Of a stretch of 64,000 nt of DNA, positions 1 to 8,307 are shown one piece after another. The notes under the pieces are model-generated. The model was not told the origin of the DNA. It did not search any database and saw only the letters and a list, made by a program, of their open reading frames with translations. Source of the stretch: Alphaproteobacteria bacterium (GTDB lineage Bacteria; Pseudomonadota; Alphaproteobacteria; Bin95). The DNA is taken from the NCBI GenBank assembly GCA_965205265.1, contig CBDBGH010000003.1:1152001-1216000 (forward strand). The letters run 5' to 3'. The translations under genes were made by a program, and so were the position numbers. Position 1 is the first letter of the stretch, and every line of letters starts with the position of its first letter.

Positions 1-405
1 CCGGGCATGAAGGCGCGCGGGTGGGGCCGGATCGTCAATGTGCTGAATGTGGGCGCGAAGGCGCCGCAGGCCGGCGGCGCGCCGACGGCCGTCTCGCGCG
101 CGGCCGGCATGGCGCTCACCAAGGTGCTGGCGGGCGAGGGCGCGCCCCACGGCGTGCTCGTGAATGCGCTGCTCACAGGCTATATCCGCTCCGGCCAGTG
201 GGTCCGCCGGCATGAGGCCACGGCGCCGGACGCCGACTTCGATGGCTGGCTCGCGGAGATGGCCGGCAAGCTCGGCGTGCCGCTCGGGCGTTTCGGCGAG
301 GCCGAGGAGTTCGCCAATATCGCCTGTTTCCTCGCTTCCGACGCCGGATCCTACATCACGGGCACGGCGATCAATGTGGACGGGAACCGCAGCCCGGTCG
401 TGTAA
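1..405 (+). CDS. SDR family oxidoreductase, 5' truncated by window edge
   Basis: C-terminal SDR motifs GRIVNV, VLVNALLTG, GRFGEAEEFA, SYITGTAINVDG. Confidence 0.85.
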   Translation, partial: PGMKARGWGRIVNVLNVGAKAPQAGGAPTAVSRAAGMALTKVLAGEGAPHGVLVNALLTGYIRSGQWVRRHEATAPDADFDGWLAEMAGKLGVPLGRFGEAEEFANIACFLASDAGSYITGTAINVDGNRSPVV

Positions 406-437
406 CCGAACGGCGCATCGCCCGTCCCGGGGGCAGC

Positions 438-466
438 TTGCATTCCGGGGCGGGCGCGCGTAAACA
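438..466 (+). promoter_or_regulatory. putative sigma70 promoter of the rpsB operon
   Basis: TTGCAT-17 nt-TAAACA upstream of the rpsB leader. Confidence 0.5.
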
Positions 467-480
467 GCGCGCGATTTCGC

Positions 481-563
481 ACGCGGGCCGCGGCCGACAA
501 GGCCGGTCCGGTTCCTTCCCGAGGGAAGGCGACGGCCCGCGTCAGGACAAACCGGAACAAGGA
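481..563 (+). promoter_or_regulatory. structured rpsB 5' leader (S2 autoregulation-like)
   Basis: Stem ACGCGGGCCG (481-490)/CGGCCCGCGT (533-542) encloses two hairpins; TCCGGTT (507-513) is complementary to AACCGGA (550-556) just before the SD. Confidence 0.6.
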
Positions 564-573
564 AGGCGAGCCG

Positions 574-1689
574 ATGGCCGTGCCGACATTCACCATGCGC
601 CAGCTTCTGGAAGCGGGCGTCCATTTCGGACATCACACCCGGCGCTGGAACCCCAGGATGGCGCCGTACATCTTCGGGATCCGCAACGGCATCCACATCA
701 TGGACCTCCAGCAGACGGTCCCGATGCTCTACCGGGCGCTGGAGGCGGTTTCCAATGTCGTGGGCGAGGGCGGGCGCGTCCTGTTCGTCGGCACCAAGCG
801 CCAGGCGCAGGAAACGGTGGCCGAGGCGGCGCGGCAATGCGGGCAGTATTTCGTCAACCACCGCTGGCTCGGCGGCATGCTGACGAACTGGAAGACGATC
901 TCCAACTCCATCAACCGGCTGCGCGACCTCGAGGAACAGCTGGCGCAGGACAATATCGGCCTGACCAAGAAGGAGTTCCTGCAGCTCCAGCGCGAGCGCG
1001 ACAAGCTGGAGCAGACGCTGGGCGGCATCAAGGAGATGGCGGGCCTGCCCGACATCCTCTTCGTCATCGACACCAACAAGGAACACATCGCCGTCGCCGA
1101 GGCCCGCAAGCTGAATATTCCCGTCGTCGCCGTGCTGGACAGCAATTCCGACCCCGAGGGCGTGGAATTCCCGGTGCCCGGCAACGATGACGCAATCCGG
1201 GCGATCTCGCTCTATTGCGAACTGGTCACGAGCGCGGTGCTCGACGGCATCGAGCGGGAAATGACGGCATCCGGCCAGGATATCGGCGAGCTGGAGGCGG
1301 CGCCCCAGGAGCAGGTCGCCGGTCCGGAGGACGAATCCGAAGCGGCGTCTGCCGATACCGCCGGGACGCCCGAAGCCGTCATGGCCGCCGAAGCGCCCGA
1401 ACCTGCGGAGGTCCCGGAAGCCGCCCCGGCCGCGGAGAGCCCCGAGGCGGCGGAAGCTCCGGAAGCTCCCGAGGCCGCAGAGGCGCCCGAGGCTGCGGAG
1501 GCTCCGGAAGCCCCGGAGTCCGCAGAGGCGCCCGAGGCTGCTGAAGCGCCGGAGGCAGCCGAACCTGCGGATGCCCCCGAAGCCGCAGAGGCTTCGGAGG
1601 CCCCGGAAGCTTCCGAGGCAGCAGAGGCCGGGGCAGCGGACGAGACTGCCGAAAGCGCCGGCGAGGCTGGCGAAGAAAAGACGAACTGA
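574..1689 (+). CDS. rpsB: 30S ribosomal protein S2 with long acidic C-terminal tail
   Basis: [30 protein letters not shown] motifs; upstream of tsf. Confidence 0.98.
   Translation: MAVPTFTMRQLLEAGVHFGHHTRRWNPRMAPYIFGIRNGIHIMDLQQTVPMLYRALEAVSNVVGEGGRVLFVGTKRQAQETVAEAARQCGQYFVNHRWLGGMLTNWKTISNSINRLRDLEEQLAQDNIGLTKKEFLQLQRERDKLEQTLGGIKEMAGLPDILFVIDTNKEHIAVAEARKLNIPVVAVLDSNSDPEGVEFPVPGNDDAIRAISLYCELVTSAVLDGIEREMTASGQDIGELEAAPQEQVAGPEDESEAASADTAGTPEAVMAAEAPEPAEVPEAAPAAESPEAAEAPEAPEAAEAPEAAEAPEAPESAEAPEAAEAPEAAEPADAPEAAEASEAPEASEAAEAGAADETAESAGEAGEEKTN
1423..1626 (+). repeat. in-frame degenerate 9-nt tandem repeat encoding (EAP/EAA)n
   Basis: [17 protein letters not shown] periodicity in the S2 tail. 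Confidence 0.85.
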
Positions 1690-1710
1690 CCGCAAGAGAG
1701 GCGAACACCG

Positions 1711-2631
1711 ATGGCTCAGGTGACGGCGGCGCTGGTCAAGGATCTGCGCGAGCGGACCGGCGCCGGCATGATGGACTGCAAGAAGGCGCTGACGGAAAAC
1801 GGCGCCGACATCGAGGCGGCCCTGGACTGGCTGCGCAAGAAGGGGCTGGCTGCAGCGCAGAAAAAGGCCGGCCGGACAGCGGCCGAGGGGCTGGTCGGCA
1901 TGGCGCTGGAGGACGGGCGCGGCGCGCTGGTCGAGCTCAACTCCGAAACCGACTTTGTCGCGCGCAATGAAGGCTTCCAGGCGGCGGTCGCGAGGCTGGC
2001 CGCGCTCGGGCTGACCGTCGAGGGCGGTCTGGATGCCCTCAAGGGAAGCGAGATCGACGGGCAGACCGCCGAGGACTATGTCACCGGCCTGATCGCCACC
2101 ATCGGCGAGAACATGAACCTCCGCCGCTACGCCACCGTCAAGGTCGGGGAAGGCGTCGTGGCCGGCTACATGCACAGCGCGGCGGCTCCGGGCCTCGGCA
2201 AGATCGGCGTCCTGGTCGGGCTGGAATCGTCCGGCGACAAGGAAAAGCTGGCGGCGCTCGGCAAGCAGATCGCCATGCATGTGACCTCCGCAAATCCCCG
2301 CTGGGTCTCGCGCGGCGATGTCGATGAGTTGGCGGTGGAGCGCGAGCGCGCCATCCTCGTGGACCAGGCGAAGGCGTCGGGCCGGCCCGACCATGTGATC
2401 GAGAAGATGGTCGAAGGGCGGATGCGCAAATATTACGAGGAGGTCGTGCTCGCCGAGCAGGCCTTCATCATGGACACCGACAAATCTGTGGCCAGGGTGC
2501 TGGAGGAAGCCGCGGGCGATATCGGCGCGCCGGTATCCTGCACCGGCTTCGTGCGCTTCGCTCTGGGTGAGGGCGTGGAACGCGAAGAGAAGGACTTCGC
2601 CGCAGAGGTGGCCCAGACGCTAGGGGACTGA
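1711..2631 (+). CDS. tsf: elongation factor Ts
   Basis: LRERTGAGMMDCKKAL, NSETDFVA motifs. Confidence 0.98.
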   Translation: MAQVTAALVKDLRERTGAGMMDCKKALTENGADIEAALDWLRKKGLAAAQKKAGRTAAEGLVGMALEDGRGALVELNSETDFVARNEGFQAAVARLAALGLTVEGGLDALKGSEIDGQTAEDYVTGLIATIGENMNLRRYATVKVGEGVVAGYMHSAAAPGLGKIGVLVGLESSGDKEKLAALGKQIAMHVTSANPRWVSRGDVDELAVERERAILVDQAKASGRPDHVIEKMVEGRMRKYYEEVVLAEQAFIMDTDKSVARVLEEAAGDIGAPVSCTGFVRFALGEGVEREEKDFAAEVAQTLGD

Positions 2632-2656
2632 CGCGCGGGCCCCGACGGGAGAGTTC

Positions 2657-3373
2657 ATGGCGCAGCAAACCCGTTTCCGCCGCGTTCTGCTCAAGGTCTC
2701 CGGCGAGGCCCTGATGGGCGGTGAGGAATTCGGCATCGCGCCTTCCACAATGCGGCGCATCGCGGGCGACATTGCCGAGGTCAGGGCGCTCGAGGTCCAG
2801 GTGGCGGTCGTCGTCGGAGGGGGCAATATCTTCCGGGGGGTGAACTCCGCGAAGATCGGCGTCGGGCGCGTTGCGGGCGACAACATGGGAATGCTCGCCA
2901 CGGTCATCAACGCGCTCGCGCTCCGCAGCGCGCTGGAGGACGCCGGCGTCGAGGCGCGCGTGCAGAGCGCGATACCCATGCACACCGTCTGCGAACAGTT
3001 CATTCGCGAACGCGCCGACCGCCATCTTCGCCGCGGCCGGGTCCTGGTCCTGGCAGGCGGCACGGGCAACCCGTTTTTCACCACCGATTCCGCCGCGATA
3101 TTGCGGGCGAGCGAACTCGGTTGCGATGCGGTGCTCAAGGCGACCAAGGTGGACGGCGTCTATTCCGCGGACCCTGAACAGGAGCCCGATGCCGAGCGCT
3201 ATGACGCGCTGACTTACAACGAAGTTCTTGAGCGCGACCTAAAGGTCATGGACGCCTCCGCCGTTGCGCTGGCGCGGGACAACCGCATTCCGATTCTCGT
3301 CTTTTCGCTGCATAATGCGGGTTCGTTCGCCCGCGCACTGACGGGCCGCGAGGCATCGACGGTGATCCGGTAG
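2657..3373 (+). CDS. pyrH: UMP kinase
   Basis: LLKVSGEAL, GGGNIFRG, GNPFFTTD motifs; synteny. Confidence 0.97.
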   Translation: MAQQTRFRRVLLKVSGEALMGGEEFGIAPSTMRRIAGDIAEVRALEVQVAVVVGGGNIFRGVNSAKIGVGRVAGDNMGMLATVINALALRSALEDAGVEARVQSAIPMHTVCEQFIRERADRHLRRGRVLVLAGGTGNPFFTTDSAAILRASELGCDAVLKATKVDGVYSADPEQEPDAERYDALTYNEVLERDLKVMDASAVALARDNRIPILVFSLHNAGSFARALTGREASTVIR

Positions 3374-3388
3374 GAAAGCGAGGCTCTC

Positions 3389-3949
3389 GTGTCCGAAGAC
3401 CCCGATATCGACGATCTGGAGCGGCGCATGAACGGCGCCATCGAGGCGCTGAAACGCGAATTCGCAGGGCTGAGAACCGGCCGGGCAAGCACCTCCCTTC
3501 TCGAGCCGCTGACTGTGGAGGCCTACGGCTCGGAAATGCCCATCAACCAGGTGGCGACGCTCGGCGCGCCGGAACCGCGCATGCTGACGGTGCAGGTCTG
3601 GGACAGGAGCAATGTGAAGGCCGTCGAGCGGGCCATTCGCGAGTCGGCTCTGGGACTCAATCCCGCTGCGGACGGCCAATTGATCCGGGTGCCGATCCCC
3701 GAGTTGAGCGAAGAGCGCCGGACGGAGCTCGCGAGGGTCGCTCACCGCTATGCGGAGCAGGCGCGGGTCGCGGTGCGCAATGTGCGCCGCGACGGCATGG
3801 ACAAGCTCAAGCGCATGGAGCGGGCGGGAGACCTTTCCCAGGACGAACAGCATCTATGGTCCGAAGAAGTGCAGGAGCTGACGGACCGCTTCGTCAAGGA
3901 AATCGACAGCGCCGTGGACGCCAAAGAATCCGAAATCATGCAGGTGTGA
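3389..3949 (+). CDS. frr: ribosome recycling factor
   Basis: [26 protein letters not shown] motifs; GTG start. Confidence 0.97.
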   Translation: MSEDPDIDDLERRMNGAIEALKREFAGLRTGRASTSLLEPLTVEAYGSEMPINQVATLGAPEPRMLTVQVWDRSNVKAVERAIRESALGLNPAADGQLIRVPIPELSEERRTELARVAHRYAEQARVAVRNVRRDGMDKLKRMERAGDLSQDEQHLWSEEVQELTDRFVKEIDSAVDAKESEIMQV

Positions 3950-3954
3950 CCGCC

Positions 3955-4692
3955 ATGGCGGTCGAAACACGGGCGTTTCCCGCGGCGCTGGCGCTGCCTC
4001 GCCATGTCGCGATCATCATGGATGGCAACGGGCGCTGGGCTTCGGCGCGGGGCCTGCCGCGCGCGGCCGGCCACAGGCGCGGTGCGGAGGCGGCGCGCGC
4101 CGCGGTGCGGACTGCGGCCGAACTCGGCATCGAGATTCTGACGCTCTACACGTTTTCCTCCGAGAACTGGAGCCGGTCGGCGCAGGAGGTGGACGACCTG
4201 CTCGGCCTGCTGCGTTACTATCTCGGCAGGGAACTCGAGGATATGCACCGCAACGGCGTGCGGCTGCGAATGATCGGGGAACGGGACCGCTTGCCGGCGG
4301 ACCTCCGCGAACGGATCGCCCATGCCGAGGCCGTGACTGCCGGCAACGACGCCATTCTGGTGCAGGTCGCGGTCAGCTATGGCGGCCGTGACGAGATCGT
4401 GCGCGCTGCCCGGCGCCTTGTCGAGGCGGGAGCGGCAGGCGGGCTCCGGCCCGGCGACATCGACGAAGCCGCCTTCGCAGACAGGCTGGACACGGCCGGC
4501 ATACCCGATCCCGACTTGCTGGTCCGCACCGGCGGCGAAATGCGAATCAGCAATTTCCTTCTCTGGCAGGCGGCTTACGCAGAGCTCTTCTTTACCGAGC
4601 GGCTATGGCCGGAGTTCGCCAAAGCCGATCTGGAAGCGGCTCTGGTCGCATTCAGCCGGCGCGAGCGGCGTTATGGCGTCCGCGCTGCCTGA
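3955..4692 (+). CDS. uppS: undecaprenyl diphosphate synthase
   Basis: HVAIIMDGNGRWA, FSSENWSR, RTGGEMRISNFLLWQ motifs. Confidence 0.96.
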   Translation: MAVETRAFPAALALPRHVAIIMDGNGRWASARGLPRAAGHRRGAEAARAAVRTAAELGIEILTLYTFSSENWSRSAQEVDDLLGLLRYYLGRELEDMHRNGVRLRMIGERDRLPADLRERIAHAEAVTAGNDAILVQVAVSYGGRDEIVRAARRLVEAGAAGGLRPGDIDEAAFADRLDTAGIPDPDLLVRTGGEMRISNFLLWQAAYAELFFTERLWPEFAKADLEAALVAFSRRERRYGVRAA

Positions 4693-5455
4693 CGAAACCT
4701 TCCGGCGCCTGGTTGCGGCCGCGGTCCTGATGCCGGCTGCGATTCTGGCGGTGTGGGCCGGGACGCCGTTTTGGGAAGCCCTGTTGTTCGCCGGCGCGCT
4801 GCTCGCCGGGCGCGAATGGGCTGCGATGGCCGAGCCGGAGGCGGTGAGGGCGTTTACGGCAATACCCGCGGCCGCCACGGCTCCGGCCCTGTTTTCGGCG
4901 CCGGCGGTCCTGCAGGGGGCGGTTGCGCTCGGGGCGGCCCTTGCGACCGGTTTGCTGTTCGGGCGCAGGGCGCTGGGGGCGGGGGTTCTCTATATCGCGC
5001 TTCCGGTCATGTGCCTCATCGCCCTCAGGCGCCCCGATTTCGGCGGCCTGGAACTCATCGTCTGGCTGTTCGCCGTTATCTGGGCAGGGGACATCGCGGC
5101 CTGGTGGACAGGGCGCAGACTCGGAGGCCCGAAGCTGGCGCCGTCCTGGAGCCCCGGCAAGACCTGGAGCGGCCTTGCCGGGGGGCTTGCCGCCGCCGGC
5201 GCCGCCGGGGCTGCCGCGAGCGCTGCCTTCGATGCGCCCGGAGGTGCCGGCGGCGGCTTCGCAGCCGGCGTGCTGGTCGGAGGAGCGGGAGCGGCCGGCG
5301 ACCTGTTCGAAAGCGCCTGCAAGCGCCGCTTCGGCGTCAAGGACAGCGGCCGCCTGATTCCCGGGCATGGCGGGGTGCTGGACCGTGTGGACGCTCTCCT
5401 TGCGGGGGCCGCCGCCGTTATGCTGCTGACGGTTTGCGGGTGGCGCTGGACATGA
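4673..5455 (+). CDS. cdsA: phosphatidate cytidylyltransferase
   Basis: SPGKTWSG and KDSGRLIPGHGGVLDRVD motifs; hydrophobic. Confidence 0.95.
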   Translation: MASALPDETFRRLVAAAVLMPAAILAVWAGTPFWEALLFAGALLAGREWAAMAEPEAVRAFTAIPAAATAPALFSAPAVLQGAVALGAALATGLLFGRRALGAGVLYIALPVMCLIALRRPDFGGLELIVWLFAVIWAGDIAAWWTGRRLGGPKLAPSWSPGKTWSGLAGGLAAAGAAGAAASAAFDAPGGAGGGFAAGVLVGGAGAAGDLFESACKRRFGVKDSGRLIPGHGGVLDRVDALLAGAAAVMLLTVCGWRWT

Positions 5456-6627
5456 CGGCGAAGCGGGTGTCCATACTGGGTGCGACCGGTTCGGTAGGCG
5501 CGAATACGCTTTCCGTCATCGGCGAACATCGGGAGCGCTTTCGGGTCGTTGCCCTGGCGGCAGGAAGCAACGCCGGCCTTCTTGCGCAACAGGCCCGCGC
5601 ATTCCGGCCCGAGTTCGCCGCGGTTGCGGAGCTCGGCAGCTATGCGGCGTTGAAGGAAGGACTGGCCGGAACCGGCATCGAGACGGCGGCCGGCCCGGAA
5701 GCGGTAGTGGAAGCCGCCAGACGCGATGCCGAATGGGTGATGGCGGCGATTTCCGGCGCCGCAGGTCTGGAATCGACGCTCGCAGCGGTCGAGCGCGGCG
5801 CCGTTGTCGCTCTGGCCAACAAGGAAAGCCTGGTGTGTGCGGGCGAGCTGATGATGGCTGCGGCGCGCGCCTCCGGAAGCACGATCCTGCCGGTCGATTC
5901 CGAGCACAATGCGATCTTCCAGGTTTTCGATGCGCAGTGCCGGGACGCGGTCCGGCGCCTGATTCTGACGGCTTCCGGCGGGCCTTTCCGGTCCGCCAGC
6001 CGGGAAGAAATGGCCATCGTGCGTCCAGCCGAAGCCCTCAAACACCCGAATTGGGACATGGGCGCCAAGATAACCATCGATTCGGCGACCATGATGAACA
6101 AGGGCCTGGAGCTCATTGAGGCGCGCCACCTGTTCGCGATGTCCGGCGACGCCATAGACATTCTCGTCCATCCGCAATCCATCGTGCATTCCATGGTGGA
6201 ATATGCCGACGGGTCGGTGCTGGCGCAGCTGGGCACGCCCGACATGCGCACGCCGATAGCCGTTGCGCTCGCCTGGCCCGAGCGGCTGTCGGTGGCGGGC
6301 GAGCGCCTCGACCTTGCGGCGATAGGCCGTCTCGACTTCGAGCCGCCCGACCCCGAGCGGTTTCCGGCCCTTGCGCTTGCCCGGCAGGCGCTGGAAAGCG
6401 GCGGCACGGAACCGGCGGCGCTCAGCGCGGCGAACGAAGTGGCGGTTGCGGCGTTCCTGTCGGAGCGGATCGGCTTCCTGCAAATCGCCGAGATTGCGGG
6501 CGACACCGTCGCGGCAATGGGGTCCGGCCGGCTTGCCGGCCTGGACGATGTGCGGTCCGCCGACCGGGAGGCGCGGGAAGTGGCGGAGCGGCTGGTCGAC
6601 CGGGCCGCAGACAGGAGTTCGCGCTAG
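5452..6627 (+). CDS. dxr: 1-deoxy-D-xylulose 5-phosphate reductoisomerase
   Basis: ILGATGSVG, LANKESLV, PVDSEHNA, TASGGPFR, HPNWDMG motifs. Confidence 0.97.
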   Translation: MTAKRVSILGATGSVGANTLSVIGEHRERFRVVALAAGSNAGLLAQQARAFRPEFAAVAELGSYAALKEGLAGTGIETAAGPEAVVEAARRDAEWVMAAISGAAGLESTLAAVERGAVVALANKESLVCAGELMMAAARASGSTILPVDSEHNAIFQVFDAQCRDAVRRLILTASGGPFRSASREEMAIVRPAEALKHPNWDMGAKITIDSATMMNKGLELIEARHLFAMSGDAIDILVHPQSIVHSMVEYADGSVLAQLGTPDMRTPIAVALAWPERLSVAGERLDLAAIGRLDFEPPDPERFPALALARQALESGGTEPAALSAANEVAVAAFLSERIGFLQIAEIAGDTVAAMGSGRLAGLDDVRSADREAREVAERLVDRAADRSSR

Positions 6628-6736
6628 TGTCCCGGTTTCGAAGTCCGTATGACCTGGATCGGGGTACGAGGCCTCTTCGGTTCGACGATTCCTTCGTCAT
6701 GCCCGCCCCCCATATCGTCATGCACGGACTTGTTCC

Positions 6737-7076
6737 ATTGCTGTCCGGTTTAGGATTTGCGGGCAGGGCGCATGGCGTGGATTCAACCGGGTTTCGAGGA
6801 GATCGGCGGGATTGGGACTCGGATCGATGCCTGACGTCCCAACCCTCACATCGTCATACCCGGACTTGTTCCGGGTATCCATACGGCCGTCCGACGGAAG
6901 CTGTGGCGGGAGATACCCGGAACAAGTCCGGGTATGACGAAAGAACCTGTCTTGAGCCTGTCGAAGGGGGGCGTCCGGGCTTCACGGGCAAGGGGCGGAT
7001 CACGGACGCCGCGCGCTCCCGAAACCCCCGGCGGACTCCCGTTCAGCCTCGCCCAATGGCTGAACCGGACAGCAAT
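6737..7076. mobile_element. 340-bp non-autonomous element (MITE) with 17-bp terminal inverted repeats and target-site duplication
   Basis: ATTGCTGTCCGGTTTAG ... CTGAACCGGACAGCAAT (16/17 match); GGACTTGTTCC duplicated at 6726-6736 and 7077-7087. Confidence 0.85.
6852..6939. repeat. REPIN doublet nested inside the MITE
   Basis: CGTCATACCCGGACTTGTTCCGGGTATCC ... GATACCCGGAACAAGTCCGGGTATGACG. Confidence 0.9.
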
Positions 7077-7183
7077 GGACTTGTTCCGGGCATCCACTTC
7101 CGCCGCCGCAATGGCCCCGAGGGAGATGCCCGGAACAAGTCCGGGCATGACCGGAAAAGACAGGACACCAGGGAGGCGTCCGG

Positions 7184-8287
7184 TTGAGCTTCATTTGGGA
7201 ATATCTGGTCCCGTTCCTGGTCCTGCTGAGCGTGCTCGTGTTCGTGCACGAGTTCGGCCATTACTGGGCGGCGCGGCGGTGCGGCATCAGGGTGGAGGTC
7301 TTTTCCGTCGGGTTCGGCCGCGAGCTCTGGGGCCGGACCGACCGGGCCGGAACGCGCTGGAAGTTCGCTCTCATTCCGCTTGGCGGCTATGTGCGCATGT
7401 TCGGTGAGGCGGACGGCGCGCGCGCGCTGACGCCGGAGGAACACGCCGTCGCGTTCGGCAGCAAATCGCTCGGGCAGCGGGCGTTCGTTGTGGCGGCGGG
7501 TCCGGCGGCGAACTTCCTCTTTGCGATCCTCCTTGCCGCCGTCATGTTCATGACTTACGGCCAGCGGCATACCAGCCCCGTCGTCACCGAAGTGGTGCAG
7601 GGCGGCGCCGCCGCGTCGGCCGGCATCCGCGCGGGCGACCGCTTCGTGGAGCTCGACGGCGAGACGATTGCGCGGTTCGAGGACCTGCAGCGGATCGTGC
7701 GGCTCAGTCCCGGCCGGCCGCTGGAAGCCGTCGTGGTCCGCGGCGGCGCGGAAACGGCGTTCACCGTCACGCCTGCGGTGGAACGCCAGACCGACAGCCT
7801 CGGCAATGTGCATGAGTTCGGCCTGCTCGGCGTGCGCGGCAGAGCGACGGAGACCGTGCGCCTCGGACCCGGGGAGGCGCTGGGCGCCGCGGTCGATTAC
7901 ACCTGGACCATGACGGTGACCATCCTCGCCTTCGTCGGCGAGATGATCGAGGGCCGCCGCTCCACCGACGAGCTCGGCGGGGTGCTTCGCATCGGGCATC
8001 TGGCAGGCGAGGTCGCGAAGATCGACTTCTCGGCCTACCTGCATTTCATGGTGCTGTTGTCGATCAATCTCGGCCTCATCAACCTGTTCCCGATTCCGCT
8101 TCTGGACGGCGGGCATCTTGTCTTCTATGCAATTGAAGCGATTCGGGGCCGTCCGCTCGGGCAGAAGGCCCAGGAAATCGGGTTCAGGATCGGCCTGGGC
8201 CTGGTGGTGGCGTTGATGCTGTTCGTAACCTGGAACGACTTGGTGTACTTTCAGGTTGTCGCATTCTTGGAACGCGTCGTCGGATGA
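7184..8287 (+). CDS. rseP: RIP metalloprotease RseP
   Basis: HEFGH, FSVGFG, PLGGYV, PDZ domain, NLFPIPLLDGGH; TTG start after GGAGG. Confidence 0.96.
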   Translation: MSFIWEYLVPFLVLLSVLVFVHEFGHYWAARRCGIRVEVFSVGFGRELWGRTDRAGTRWKFALIPLGGYVRMFGEADGARALTPEEHAVAFGSKSLGQRAFVVAAGPAANFLFAILLAAVMFMTYGQRHTSPVVTEVVQGGAAASAGIRAGDRFVELDGETIARFEDLQRIVRLSPGRPLEAVVVRGGAETAFTVTPAVERQTDSLGNVHEFGLLGVRGRATETVRLGPGEALGAAVDYTWTMTVTILAFVGEMIEGRRSTDELGGVLRIGHLAGEVAKIDFSAYLHFMVLLSINLGLINLFPIPLLDGGHLVFYAIEAIRGRPLGQKAQEIGFRIGLGLVVALMLFVTWNDLVYFQVVAFLERVVG

Positions 8288-8307
8288 CGCCGTCGATAGG
8301 GGATTCC

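Larger units (their letters stand above)
6716..7151. repeat. REPIN doublet (GTCATGCCCGGACTTGTTCCGGGCATC family) whose first arm is interrupted by a MITE
   Basis: Removing 6737-7076 plus one duplicated copy restores a standard doublet similar to 16305-16391. Confidence 0.85.

Noticed and set aside
6627-7187. 186-aa ORF and other ORFs containing MPGLVPGI or DARNKSGHD
   Set aside because: These are translations of REP palindromes.
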